Source of the DNA: Hemiscyllium ocellatum
Lineage: Eukaryota
Assembly: GCF_020745735.1 (NCBI RefSeq)
Contig: NC_083412.1
Coordinates: 66,740,320-66,804,319 of the forward strand
Length of the DNA: 64,000 nt
Direction of reading: 5' to 3'
Shown: positions 12,911 through 26,110 of the stretch, piece after piece
Numbering within the stretch: the stretch's first letter is position 1
Layout: each line of letters begins with the position of its first letter
Notes under the pieces: generated by a model
What the model was told of the DNA's origin: nothing
Database searches by the model: none
The model's input: only the letters and a program-made list of their open reading frames with translations
Translations under genes and position numbers: made by a program

Positions 12911-15900
12911 CACTCTTCAAGGTTTATCACCAAGCCTGTCTGCTAACAGTTGCAAATGTTCCTTCCATGTGTGTCAATAAATCACCTGGTCAGCTACATA
13001 TACAGCACAATTGGGTAATCTGGATCTTATTGGTTAGTCTCTGAAATATGGCTGGTGCATTTTTCATACCAAACAGCTCTTTTGAAAAAAGGTACCCTTT
13101 TGAAAAAAGTCCAACTTACAAATTTAAGTTGCTTGTCCCACCTTTTCAACACAGTCTTCTAAACACAAAATTGGATATGCATCAGTCTTTTTAACTGCAT
13201 TGACTTTATGATAGTCCACACATAACTGTTGTGTACCATCTGGTTTTGGCATCATTACTATGGATGAGCTCCAGCTACTGTAACTCACTTTGATTATGGC
13301 TCCTTGGAGCATGCGTTCCATCTCCTTTTGAACCTGTACCAACTTTAGAAGGTTATGCCAATAAGGACGTTGCTTAATTAGAACAACATCTCCAATATCT
13401 ACATCATGCAAAATTAGGTTAGTACTTCCCAGCTTATTTCCACATATCTACCCATATGATAGCAATATCTCTTTCAGGACATTTCAATTTTCCCCTGGAA
13501 GGTAACTCGATAACACATTAATAGCAGAATTGCGAGTTTGATTTCTAGCCTGCTTGCTGTTTCATTGTATGCTGTGATACTTCTAAATACTGTCTAGCTA
13601 ACTCCCCCACTCTATTTAATCATTCCCTAAAGTTTGACACGTAGTCCAAATATGTGGCCTCTGAATTTGATTTACCAATTTCTCCTTAATCAATTTTAAC
13701 GGTTCTCTCACTAAAACTAATTCAAATGGACTGAATTTGGTCAATTCATTTAGTACATCTCTGATTGCAAAAAGCATAAGAGAATTATCTTACCCCAAGC
13801 ATTTGAATAGTCTTGATGATAAGCCCTCAACATAGTCTTTAATGTCTGATGCTACCTTTCTAGCACTTCCTGCAACTCTGGATGGTATGCAGTACACACC
13901 CCTAAATGACCCCCTGGTGGTAGTTCATGTGCCACCCACAACATCTCCTCTCGAGAACCCACTGGCAATACGACTTGATGAATTTCTGCCCATTTCTCAT
14001 CTGCCTGAGTATGTGACAGTTTCAATTTCCTCATTAAGATGTAATTTTTAAGATAGTGGCATTCAGGGATACATTCAGATTCTTTTTCTGTGAATGCCTG
14101 CTGATACAATTACTTTAAATTTTCATTTTCTACTATAAATCAATTAATTTATCTGAGCTAAAGATATCTGTATTGCCATCTATCTGCTTCTGGCTTGTCT
14201 CAACCATTTGATCAAAAAGAGTCTCTGCTAATTCCACTTTAACTTTCTTATCTGTACTCTTTGATCTCTCCTGTCTCAACCGGTGACTTTGTGACCCCAT
14301 TATCAAACAATCAGGAAAAATACGTGTCATGAGTTTCCTCTGGCTTTTCAACCACAGTAGGCAGCACTCCTACCTGTGAACCTGCTATATCATTAGCAAG
14401 GAAAAATTGTATTCTTGGAGCTGAGAATTTATCCAGTATTCCTACCATGACGTCTTCACTCTTCTCTGGACATTCTAACCTCACTCTACATAATTGAGCG
14501 TTTCTTGTCTCACTGTGAATTCCTGTTACTAGTACCTTTTCTCTTCAGCATTATCTATCTCCTCATCTTTCAACATCAAAGATTGAGAGGATCATGTATC
14601 TCTTAATATTGTAACCTCTTTACCAGCTGCTCCTGGCCTATGCGAGTAAACTTTACCTTTGCAGGTATATGGTTTAAGAAGTTCTGGCACTTCCTCCTTA
14701 ACCAACCTCTGACCAGGCTGTACATTCTGGTGCAGCTTTCTAGCCTCCACTGTGCTTTCCGCAATGATTCCCTGGCTTATCCTGTTTTCCTATGTCTGGC
14801 TTCCCAGTGCTTTTTCTAACCCACCAACACTGTGATTTCATGTAGCAGTGAAAACACAGGAGCTTTTTATCTTCTCTTGCCCCTTCCAGAGTTTCCTTTT
14901 TACTCTGCGTAAATTACATAACGATCTTCACCGAGATCCTATGTGAGGGTTTCTCTTTTCCTCAATTTCTATTCCTCACGGATTGAAGTTGATGTTGGAA
15001 ACCAAACTTTGATTTATGGACCAACTCATAACCATCAGCCATTGCAGCTGTGAATCTGCTCTCCCACATGAGTTCTCACTACTTTAGGAAGTGAATTTTT
15101 GAACTCCTCCAAAATAATTGTCTCTCTAAGAGCATCTCTGCTTTGCTGTATTTTTAATGCCCTTACCCACCTTTCAAAATTACTTTCATTGATCCTTTCA
15201 AACTCAGTGTAAGGTTGACCAGGGTCCCTCCTTAGATTTCTGAAGCACTGTCTGTAGACTTCTGGCACAGGCTCATATGCACTTAAGATGACTTTCTTCA
15301 CCTCTTCATATGCCCCAGCTACCTCTTCGGATAGTGATGAGAACACCTCACCAGGTCTACTTATAAGCTTTGTTTGGATCAGCAAAACACATATAGTCAC
15401 TGGACACCGCATTTGTTTAGCCACCTTGTCAAATGAGATGAAGAAGTCTTCCACATTCTTCTCATCAAATTTAGGCAATACTTGAATATATTGAAACAGA
15501 TCCCCACCAGGCCTTTGGATACCATGGGTTTGTTCATCCTCACTCTCTTCCTCACTAAGCTTACCTTCAGCCTTCCTCTCCATCCTTTTAAGCTGACTTT
15601 CCTGTCTAAGTGCCAATTTCTGAAGTTCAATCTCCCTCTCTTTTTTCTTTCCCCTCCCTCCTTTTCTCTCTCTTCTCTTTCTTTTTGTTCTGTTAATGCG
15701 ATTCTGTCATTTTCTTTTTTTTCTGCTTTTAATCGTAATTCAAACCACTCATTTCTATTCCCTTTCCTTGTCTTTTGCCTCTCACTCAAGCTGTTTCATT
15801 TTCAGTTGAACTTTATCCATCTCTAAAGATTCTGATGGTGTTTCCAGCGAATGTAAATGCTGAGCTAATGCTGTAATTATCTGTCCTTTCCTCACGGAAG

Positions 15901-16395
15901 GAGGCAGCTCCAACTCTAGCTTTCTGCTAATTCCAGCAGCTTGTCCTTCATCTCCTTTTGTAAAATCCACAGTCACTTCTTCCACTCTCAGTAAACTCCT
16001 GGTGACTGAAAGAGCCATCGCTATCCCAAGCACTGTTTAAACCAACCAAGTTCAAAACCCAGATCAAAAACACCTGCCATTCACTGCCTTCGAGTCCAGC
16101 AACCGTAATCCCAAATCAGAACTAAGGAACAAATCCCGCAAAGAACCAGACCCCCGCAAATATTTCAAGAAAGTAGCCCAGTCCCTAACTTTGCTTGTTT
16201 GTTTTAAGCAGGATTAAAGTAGATATTCCTGGAATGATGCAGCTGGTGAAACTAATTAGTTTTGAAATAAATAGAATTTATTTACAAGATTACCATGTGA
16301 AACACAAACAAGAGAGAACAGAATAAATAATAACCAATTCGAAAATTCAACAGATTATCCCAACTTAATGATGCTGTTCCAAATACTTGCAACAG
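12911..16395 (-). mobile_element. Degenerate Gypsy LTR retrotransposon, Gmr1-like order (partial LTR about 16143-16395; gag; integrase; RT)
   Basis: Gag/SCAN-like ORF 15035-15616 (FDEKNVEDFFISFDKVAK...ILSAYEPVPEVYRQCFR); integrase His-His region VAHELPPGGHLGV (about 13900-13950); RT N-terminus SSWSSSIVMMPKPDGTQQLCVDYHKVN (13124-13411). Multiple stops and frameshifts. Confidence 0.85.
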
Positions 16396-16419
16396 TCTGC
16401 TACAATTTTGCCCATTTAC

Positions 16420-16670
16420 TTGATCTATCAACAACTTGTTATAACTTTATGCCATGGCCAACACTGTCTACAATGTTGTCCAGTTTTGAGTTGTCAGCAA
16501 ATTTGCATCCAGGTTGTTCATGAATATAGTGAATATTTGAGACCCTAACACAGATCCCTGTGGGACATGACTAGTTTTGTCCTGCCAGTTTGACAACTTA
16601 CCCATTATTCCAACTCTCTGTTTCCTGCCACTCAACCAATTTCCTGTCCATTTCAGTAATTTAGAATTAG
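16420..16670 (-). mobile_element. CR1 RT fragment
   Basis: ORF 16468-16698 contains WLSGRKQRV...VPQGSVLG...MNNLD. Confidence 0.75.
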
Positions 16671-16838
16671 AATTACCGGCACTGTCACATATACTCATAC
16701 AAGTACAGTGAAAAGTTTACAAGTCCCCACCTAAGGTGCCTTCTTAGGTATCAAGGCACCTAGGTACAGATTCTTAAGCACAAATTCTTCGGGGAAAAAA
16801 ATTTAGAAAAGTAAAAAAAATGAATTCAGAATATATAT

Positions 16839-17172
16839 GGAGTGGCACGGTGGTTCAGTGGTTAGCACTGCTGCCTCACAGCGCCAGGGACCCAGGTTTG
16901 ATTCCAACCTCAGGCGACTGCCTGTGTGGAGTTTGCACCTTCTCCCCATGTTTGTGTGGGTTTCTTCCTGGTGCTCTAGTTTCCTCCCACAAGTCCAAAG
17001 CTGTGCAGGTTGGGTGAATTGGCCATGCTAAATTGTCATTAGTGTTCAGGGATGTGTAGGTTAGGTGCATTAGTCACGGGGTAAAAGTAAGGGAATGGGT
17101 CTGGGTGGGTTGCTCTTCGGAGGGTTGGTGTGGACTTGCTGGGCCAAAGGACCTGTTTCCACTCTATCTAAT
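16839..17172 (+). mobile_element. HE1-type SINE, near full length
   Basis: A box ggcacggtggttcagtggttagcactgctgcc, SINE body and gggcc..agg.cctgtttcc tail. Confidence 0.85.
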
Positions 17173-17230
17173 AATGTCAGTCCTTCCAACCCAGACTGCG
17201 CCAGGCTATACCTGGAGACCAGGAATGCCA

Positions 17231-19403
17231 GGAGTCCATTCTGAGGCTGGGAATTGAGTTCACACTGAGGCCACGAATCTGAATCCGCACTGATGGCCGG
17301 GAATCTGAGTCCACACTGAGGCCATGAATCAGAGTCTGCACCGAGGCCGGGAATCCAACTTCATGCTAAGGCCGGGAGTCTGAGTCCACACTGAGGCTGG
17401 GAATCCGAGTCCACACTGAGGCTGGGAATCCGAGTCCACACTGAGGCTGGGAATCTGAGTCTGTGCTGAGGTTGGAAATCTGAGTCAACTCTGAGGCCAG
17501 TAATCTGTGTCCATTCTGAGGCCGGGAATCCGTGTCCGTGCTGAGGCTGGGAATCCGAGTTTGCACTGAGGCTGGGAATCCGAGTCTGCACCGAGGCCGG
17601 GATTCCGAGTCCGTGCTGAGGCTGGGAATCCGAGTCCGCACTGAGGCTGGGAATCCGAGTCCACACTGAGGCTGGGAATCCGAGTTTGCACTGAGGCTGG
17701 GAATCCGAATCCGCACTAAGGCTGGGAATCCGAGTCCATGCTGAGGCCAGGAATCCCTGTCCACTTTGAGGCTGGGAATCTGAGTCCGCACTGAGGCTGC
17801 AAATCCGAGTCTGTGCTGAGGCTGGAAATCCAAATCTGTGCTGAGGCTGGAAATCCGAGTCAGCACTGAGGCTGGGAAATAGGTGTCCGTGCTGAGGCCG
17901 GGAATCTGAGTCCGCGCTAAGGCTGGAAATCCGAGTCTACGCTGAGGCTGGGAATCTGACTCCATGTTAAGGCCGGGAATCCGAGTCCACACTAAGGCCG
18001 GGAATCCGAGTCTGCACGGAGGCCGGGAATCCAAGTCCGTGCTGAGACCTGAATTCCATGTCTGTGCCGAGGCCATGAATCCAAGTGCGTACCGACGCCC
18101 GGAATCCGAGTCCACACATAGGCTGAAAATCCAAGTCTATGCTGAGGCTGGGAATCCGAGTCCATACCAAGGCCAGGAATCTGAGTCCACACTGAGGCAG
18201 GAATCCAAATCCGCGCTAAGGCCAGGAATCCGAGGCCAGGGATCTGAATCCACGCTGAGGCCATGAATCTGAGTCTGCGCTGAGTCCGGGAATCTGATGG
18301 GCACCGAGCCTGGGAATCCATGTCCGCGCTGAGGCTGGGAATCCGACTCCATGCTAAGGCCAGGAATCCAAGTCCATTCTGAGGCCGGAATCTGAGTCTG
18401 CACCGAGGCCGCCATTCCGTGTCTGCGCTGAGGCTGGGAATCCGAGTTTGAGCCGAGGCTGGAAATCCGAGTCCGCGCTGATGCCGGGAATCCGAGTCCG
18501 CACGGAGGCTGAAAATCCAAGTCTATGCTGAGGCTGGGAATCCGACTCCATGCTAAGGCAAGGAATCCGAGTCCACTTTGAAGCTGTGAATCCGAATCCT
18601 CGCTGAGGCTGGGAATCCAAGTCCGCGCTGGGGCCGGGAAGCCGAATCCGCACTGAAATAGGGAATCCGAGTCCACGCTGAGGCCAGGAATCCAATTCCA
18701 TACCAAGGTCAGGAATCCGAGTCCGTACTGAGGCCAGGAATCTGATTTCGTGCTGAGGCTGGGAATTCAAGCCCATGTTCCCGGCTTCAGCACGAAATCA
18801 GATTCCTGGCCTCAGTACGGACTCAGATGCCCGGCCTCGGCACAGACTCGGATTCCCAGTCTCAGTGCAGACTCGGATTACCGGCCTCAGTGCAGACTCA
18901 GATTCCTGGCCTTAGCGTGCACTCGGATTCCTGGCCTCGGTGCCGACTTGGATTCCCGGCCTCAGCGCGAACTCGGATTCCTGGCATCAGTGCAGACTCA
19001 GATTCCTGGCCTCAGCACGGACTCGGATTCCTGACCTTGGAATGGAATTGGATTCCTGGCCTCAGCGTGGACTCGGATTCCCTATTTCAGTGCAGATTCG
19101 GCTTCCCGGCCCCAGCACGGACTTGGATTCCCGGCATCAGCGAGTCCATGCTGAGGCTTGGAATCCTAGTCCGTGCTGATGCTGGGAATCCGAGTCCACA
19201 CTGAGGCTGGGAGTCCGAGTCCGCACTAAGGCCATGAATCCAAGTCCGCGTTGATGCTGGGAATCCGAGTCTAAACTGTGGCTGGAAATCCGAGTGAGCA
19301 CCGAGTCCGAAATCCGAGTATGCGCTGAGACTGGGAATCCAAGTCCATACTGAAGCCGGGAATCCGAGTCTGCGTTGAGGCAGGAATCCAAGTCCACCCT
19401 CAG
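17231..19403. repeat. 25-bp minisatellite (consensus GAGTCCACACTGAGGCTGGGAATCC), roughly 80-85 diverged units, with an inverted block at about 18778-19140
   Basis: CTGAGGCTGG recurs at 17391, 17416 and 17441 (period 25). Units read as the reverse complement (ggattcc.ggcctcag.g..gactc) between about 18778 and 19140. Confidence 0.95.
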
Positions 19404-19409
19404 TTCCAG

Positions 19410-19620
19410 GGGTTTTTGCCTTACATAACAGTCTCTAGTGTGGGACTTTATTAAAAGCCTTCTGGAAATCCATAGTAATGACATCCAATGTCTTACCTCT
19501 GTCTACTAAATTTGTCATGTCTTCAATAAACTCTATCAGGTTTGTAAGTCTGAGGACCACATAGAGCTGTTTCTTCCATTGTAACCATATTATATCATTA
19601 ATTTCAAAGATACCCCTCAT
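19410..19620 (-). mobile_element. CR1 RT fragment
   Basis: ORF contains LTNLIEFIEDMT...LDVITMDFQKAFNKVPH. Confidence 0.75.
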
Positions 19621-20094
19621 GAAACAGGACTGTTTAAGAATACATTAGATTTACTTGCATTTTTCTGCAGGTCAGTTATGGCTATCTGATTTTTAATCCA
19701 GGTCAAGGATGCATCAAATTGCTGCACTACAGTGTTATCTTTTTGTCATCGACATATCTGGAACTAACTGATAACAAGTGCATGAGCGGGGTTGGTATTT
19801 ATGACGAAGCTATGCAAGCGAAATCCATTCTTGAATTTCAGATAACTTTAAAGTGTAAAAATATACTTACAATCGATAACAAAGTCACAGAGTGAGTCCA
19901 TCTGATAACACATGTGTGAAGAAAGACAGAAGGAACAAAGTCTTAACAGCTTTAAAGAAGATGGCCAAAAGGTGAACTAATATAGATATATCAGATGGTA
20001 AGTGTTTCCAAAACATGAACCTGAAACTTCAAACTAAACTATAACTGTTTGACAAGAGAAAGCAAGTTCAAATTGTCAAAAAGAAAATATTGGG

Positions 20095-22170
20095 ATTAGA
20101 ATCATAAAGTCATACAACATGGAAATAAACCTTTTGGTCTCATCAGTCCGTGATGGCCATAATCCTAAACTAATCTAGTCCCACCTGCCTGCACTTAGCC
20201 CATATCCCCTCCAAACATTTCTTATTCATATACCTATCCAAGTATCTTTTAAACATTGTAACTACCCGGGTTCAATTCCCGACTCAGGCGACTGACTGTG
20301 GAGTTTGCATGTTCTCCCCGTGTCTGCGTGGGTTTCCTCCGGGTGCTCCGGTTTCCTCCCACAGTCCAAAGATGTGCAGGTCAGGTGAATTGGCCATGCT
20401 AAATTGCCCGTAGTGTTAGGTAAAGGGGTAAATGTAGGGGAATGGGTGGGTTGCGCTTCGGTGGGTCGGTGTGGACTTGTTGGGCCGAAGGGCCTGTTTC
20501 CACACTGTAAGTAATCTAATCTAATTGCCCACATCCACCACTTCCTCTGGAAGTTCATTCCACACATGAACTACTTTCTGTGTCTTTTTAAAATCTTTCT
20601 CCTCTCACCTTAAAAAAATATGTGCCCTACCCTTGAAATCCCCCACCCTGAAGAAAAGACACCAGCCTTTCATTTATATATACCCCCCATGATCTTATAA
20701 CCTCTATAAGGTCACGCCTCAACCTCCTACACTCCAATGAAAAAGTCTCAGCCTCTCCTTATAACTCAAACCCTCCATTTCTGGCAACATCCTGGTAAAT
20801 CTCTTCTGAACTCTGTCCAGCTTAATGATATCCTTCCTATAGTAGGGCAACCAGACCTGGGTGTAGTACTCCCGAAGAGGTTTCATCAATATCTTGTACA
20901 ACTTCAACAGAACATCCCAACTCCTATACTTAAAGTTCTGAGCAATGAAGGCAAATGTGTTAAGTGCCTTCTTAACCGTCCTAATTATATGTGATGTAAA
21001 CTTCAAAGAATTATCCAGCTGAACCCCATGTCTCTCTCCCAAGGCACTACTTGTAATTATTTAAGTCCTGCCCTTGTTTGTTTTACCAAAATGCAATATC
21101 TCACATTTATCCAAATTAAACTCCATTTGCCACTCTTCAGCCCACTGACACAATTGATCAAGATCTCTTTGTAAGCTTAGGTAACCATCTTCACTGTCCA
21201 TAATACCAGCAATTTTGGTGTTATCTGTAAACTTATTAACCACATATTCTATATTTTCATCTAAATCACTTCTATAAATGACAAACAAAAATGGACCAAG
21301 CACTGGAACACCATTGGTCACAGGCCTCCAGTCTGAAAAACAATCTTCCATCATCACTGACTGTCTCCTTCCATTAAACCAATTTTGTATCAAATTGGCA
21401 AGCTCAGAACCTTGTCAAAGGCTTTACTAAAGTCTAAGTAGACAATGTCTATTACTCTGCCCTCATAAATCTTCTTGGTTACTTCCTCAAAACACTGTCT
21501 CAAGTTTGTGAGACACAATTTCCTCTGCAAAAAAACATGCTGACATGCCTAATCATTCATTGCCTCCCCAAAAGCATATAAATCCTAACTTTTAGAATCA
21601 CCTCTAACAGCCTCCCCACCACTGAAGTCAGACTCACAGGTCTATAGGTCCCAGGCTTCTCCATATATCCCTTCTTAAATAAAGGCACAACATTATCCAC
21701 TCTTTAGACATTCAGCACCTCACCCATAAATAATAGATGATACAAATATTTCTGCTAGTGGCCCTGCGATTTCCTCCTTTACTTCCCACAAATTCCTGGT
21801 ATACATTAGATCAAGTCCCAGAGATTTAACCACCATTTTATTTTCTAAGACCTCCAGCACTGCTCTTCTGTCATGTGAGTTGTTTTCAAAACATCAATAT
21901 TTATTTTCCTGGGTTCTCTAGCCTCCATTTCTATCTCCACAGTAAAAAAAATGAGGCAAAATATTCATTTAAAAGCTCTCGCAAATCCTGAGGGCTGGAC
22001 AACCTCTTTGATCTTTGAGGGGCCTATTCTCTCGCTAGTTGCTACCTTGTCCTCAATGCACTTGTAGAATCTCTTTGGATCCTTAACCTTACTCGCCAAG
22101 GCTACCTCATATCCTCTCTTTGCCTTCCTGATCTCCCTCTTAAGAATGTCCCTGCATTCGTTATACGTTT
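20095..22170 (-). mobile_element. CR1 LINE 3' half, interrupted by an HE1 SINE
   Basis: ORF pieces contain CR1 RT motifs (WRPVTNGVP..LGPFLFVIY..DLDE..VNKFTDNTKI) and the 3' tail. Confidence 0.85.
20264..20525 (+). mobile_element. HE1-type SINE, 5' truncated and young, inserted in CR1
   Basis: Nearly identical to the reverse complement of 1116-1380; ends gtaagtaatctaatctaat. Confidence 0.9.
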
Positions 22171-22807
22171 CGTGACAATGCTGTGGTTTTTGAGAGGTTA
22201 TTTTATCCTGATATTTTTGAAGAGCATTTCGAAGACAGATGTCCGAGCTGCCTACTGAGATCATAAGAGTAAACAGCTTGTGAGGACTTTAAAGCTGGAA
22301 CAATGGAGGCAGCCTGGCTGGGTGTGGTCAGGTCTCACAGACCATGCTTTCTAGTTTATTCTTAGTTTTAACAGTTAGCTTTGAGCAGTTGCTGTTATGA
22401 GCTTGAAGAAGTAGAAGCTATCTTTTCCTTTTCTCTGTTAGAGCTAGAAGCTGGGGTTTCTCTCTGTTGCTGGGTTACCTGTCAGACAAATCCTTTATTT
22501 TGAATTTGCCATTTTTGCCAAGAGGATATTTATGGGATGTTACTATACTGAAAGTTAATTAATACCAGTTACTGTATTTATTATTATGGTTAAGTTTTCC
22601 AATAGAGTTATTCTAACTTCCTTTTTCATTGGTTGCATTTGAACTATAGTGTTTAAAAAAATTGTGTTCTGCTTATCATTGAGTAGTTTGACCAATCGAA
22701 TGGCATGTGGAAAATAACACATAACATCTACCTTTAAATAAAAAAAAAATTGGGGTGTAGGCTACCTCCTTAAAATATCTTTAGAGGGCCTGGTCTGGTC
22801 CATAACA
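22171..22807 (+). mobile_element. Solo LTR-like element, related to the LTRs at 16143-16395, 42670-43860 and 53180-53810
   Basis: Starts (c)GTGAC and ends CATAACA; shares aaacagcttgtgagg and ggtctggtccataa blocks with the other copies. Confidence 0.55.
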
Positions 22808-24949
22808 TGTTCAAGAGATTCATCCGAACCCAGTTGTCAATATCTAATATACATTATCTTTTATTCTTGACTAGAACCTTGGTGAGAAGTTCTTCATGGA
22901 AAATAATAAAGTGGTGAAGTCCTTTCACTGGTGACCTGTCCTGGTGGCAAACAAGTTCCTGTGATTTGAACGCTTTGGCTTTATTGAGTTTGTTGAGTTT
23001 GGTCTTGGCTGACGCTCTACAGAGTTACCTTGAATAATACATTTCAGCAAACACACTTCACAAGAGATTGAGGAAGGAGGTATACTTGAATGAATGAATG
23101 ATTTATTGTCACATGTATTTTACAAGGAAATATGATAAAATACAGTGAAAAACTTCCATTTGTCACCATAATCGAGTGCCATTTTGATAGTTTAAGAATA
23201 ACAGATAATGAGAAGATCCAGCTTAAAGAGGAGTCCACCTATGGACGAGTTCTGAACTGGCTCAGAACCACCATTGCCTTGCCAGACCCAACTGGTGTCC
23301 TCAGACACCATCTTTCGTCCCTGAGCCAATGCATTTTCACCACCCCCCTACTGGGCACACCAACATCAGAGACTATTGCCACAGTCGATGTTGCCATGGT
23401 ATCCTCCCACCACCGTTTTGTTGTTGCCAGCACCGGACACAGGCAATGACAAAGCCACCGATCCTCAAGCACCATCTTTCACTGCTGGGCCTACCTCACG
23501 AACATTGCCTCAGGGCTCACTCTCCTCCACAATGGACTGGCCCTCAGAGTCAGGTAAACTGGGTCTTCTAGTTCCATCAAGAACAGTTATTCACTTGTTT
23601 TGACGACCTGTTGGGCTTCTCACAACGGGCATTAGCTTCTTGCCAAGGCTGTTCTTCCCTGTTTTAAATGGTTTCATTAGTTTTGCTAGTTTTTAATCAC
23701 AGATGGATAATTTTTGCAAAATTACGCTGTGCAGTAATGGTGTTATAACAGATTATAACTTATTTTGCCGCACTTCACAAAGAAAGAGAAAAGGCGCTAA
23801 GTAATTGATCTTGATATTGGCATCCCAAGAATTAGGTTGCGTTATAGAATGCGGGGAAGCAGCACGCTTAGTACTAAGGAACTTAAAAAGAAACTGCTGT
23901 CATGCAAGGAAGCATTGAAGAAACAATAGTTATACAGAAACATTTGAAGACGTGCATAGATAAAGGCGAACAGAAGAGCAGGATTTAAATGATACAGGAA
24001 ATAATGAAGTTCAAGATAGTATTCTCACTGTGGTCAAAGATAATATAAGATGGTTTGATTTGTTACCAATGTGACCTTATTCTAACAAACAAAATAGGTC
24101 ACAGAGAAAGATGACATGAAGCTCTAGGCAGGTTATTTCTTTATGGATCAGTTACTAATGCACTGTCATTGACAGACCCTGAAAGACTTGTCCCCTGCCT
24201 GCATTGACTATTCTGTTGTTTGGTTGTGCTGAACGTGATAGGATTAAGGACTTCCATGAGCTCCTCAGTTATAGACTATATTGCCGCTATGTTTTTAGAA
24301 TGATTTGTTTCAGATTCCAGTCAATTATGGGCCACAAAATATTGTTGACAGAGGTTTTGATGATAATAGTAAAAACTGAAAGTGCTGGATACAGAAATAG
24401 TTTTAAAATTTGGAGTCCAGTCATTTGGAAATGACCATTTTTAAGCTGTTGACAGAGGGGGAAGAGAATGGTGAGGATGCTGACGGCAAAGACAAAGAGA
24501 GTGCTGATGGCAATAAAGGAGATATATGGTTGAAGTATATGTGTTAGTGAAAGCTGTGAATAGTAGATAACTGATCAGGTTTGCAGAAAGCAGAAGCATT
24601 GAAACAGGACACAGGCAAGTGAGGCACATGAATGTGATCAAAATGGAATAAAGTGCTCATGTTCTGGGCTTGTTGAACTTGATTAAGATGAAGAGCTTCG
24701 ATATAAATTAATTTAAGTTAATTTGAATTCAGTTTAAGTTTTATTTAATTTGATTGTAGTTTAATTTAAGATGAGTAGATATGTTTATTCTGGTAGAATA
24801 GTGGGTATTGCTATTAATAGTATTGCGATATGACATTGTTGCACTGCCTCTGTCTTTCTGTATTTTGGTATTGTTCTTTTTTGTATATAGATGTTTTGTA
24901 AAAGAGTTATTAAAAAAGTTTCTAATAAAAATATTTATTTTAAAAAAAG

Positions 24950-26110
24950 ATAGAGACTGAAGTAATTGAATCCAACACCGGGGTCCTGAATCTAAATAAA
25001 AGCAATTATGATGGAATGAGGTGTGAATTTGCAAGAATGGATCAGGGAATCTGACTAAAGGAGTTGACAGTGGAAAAAGAATGATTAATATTTAAATTAT
25101 GTGTGCTTGATTTATAGCGATTATTCTTTCCTAGGAGAAGGTGAGGACTGCCATTGCTGGAGATCTGAGTCAAGAGTGTGGTGCTGGAAAAGCACAGCAG
25201 GTCAGGCAGCATCTGAGGAGCAGGAGAATCAACGTTTCGGGCATAAGCGTGATGAAGGCCTTATGCCTGAAACATCAATTCTCCTGCTCCTCAGATGTTG
25301 CCTGACCTGCTGTGCTTTTCCAGCACCACTCTCTCGACAATTAATCTTTCCTGTCAGGCACAAAGGAAAAGTGGCTTGACCGTAGCTTACAAAATAAATT
25401 AGAGATAGTATTATGTCCAAAGAGGAGACATATAAAAGTGCCAAAAAAAGCAGCAAGCCTGATAATGAGAGCATTTCTGAATTTAGCTAAATTTGATCAA
25501 GAGGTGGAAAATAGAGTATGAGAGGAAACTTCCAGAAAACGGAGAAACTGATCATAAAAGCTCCTATAAATATCTGAAGAGAAAAAAGATGAGTTAAAAA
25601 CAAATGTAGATCTTTTACAGTGAGGAAACAAAGAAATAGCAGAAGAACAAACACTTTCTGTATTTCTGTTTTCACAAAAGAGGGCACAAATAACCTCCCA
25701 GAAACGTTAGGAAACCAGGGGTCTAGTGAGAGGGCAGAATTGAAGGAAATCAGTATTAGTAAGAAGATAGTGATGAGGAAATTAGGCGGTTGAAGGTTGA
25801 CAAACCACTTGAGCCTTATAATCTATATCCCACAGTACAAAAGGAAGTTCCCCTGGAAATATTAGATACATTGATGGTCATCTTCAAACATTCTGTACAC
25901 TCTGGAACAGTCCTTACAGATTTGATTTACTATTTAAAAATGAAGGAAGAGAAAACTTCCCAGAGAATTACAGACCCATTAGCTTAACATTAGAAATGGG
26001 AAAAATGCTAGGGTTTATGACAAAAGACATGATAACAGAAATTTGGAAAGATTGGACAAAGTCAGCATGGGTTTATGAAAGTCAAATCATACTTTTCAAA
26101 GTAATAGCAT
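24950..26110 (+). mobile_element. CR1 LINE ORF2 fragment with nested fold-back Penelope
   Basis: Degenerate CR1 endonuclease-RT linker sequence (..KEIxISKKxV..KLxGLKVDK..GP..YP.VxKEV..). Confidence 0.65.
25133..25339. mobile_element. Fold-back Penelope-like end fragment with 13-bp TSD
   Basis: Inverted arms gagtgtggtgctggaaaagcacagcaggtcaggcagcatc / gatgttgcctgacctgctgtgcttttccagcaccactctc. Flanks ATTATTCTTTCCT (25120-25132) and ATTAATCTTTCCT (25340-25352). Confidence 0.8.

Noticed and set aside
17231-19403. CRISPR-like array, or the many 60-249 aa ORFs over the repeat
   Set aside because: The units are contiguous 25-mers with no unique spacers, in eukaryotic DNA. The ORFs are frame-cycling translations of the minisatellite.
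19842-20020. Exon-like splice signals on both strands (plus donor at 19998; minus 150-nt candidate 20020-19871)
   Set aside because: All frames contain stops, so it is not a coding exon; a non-coding exon cannot be supported without RNA data.
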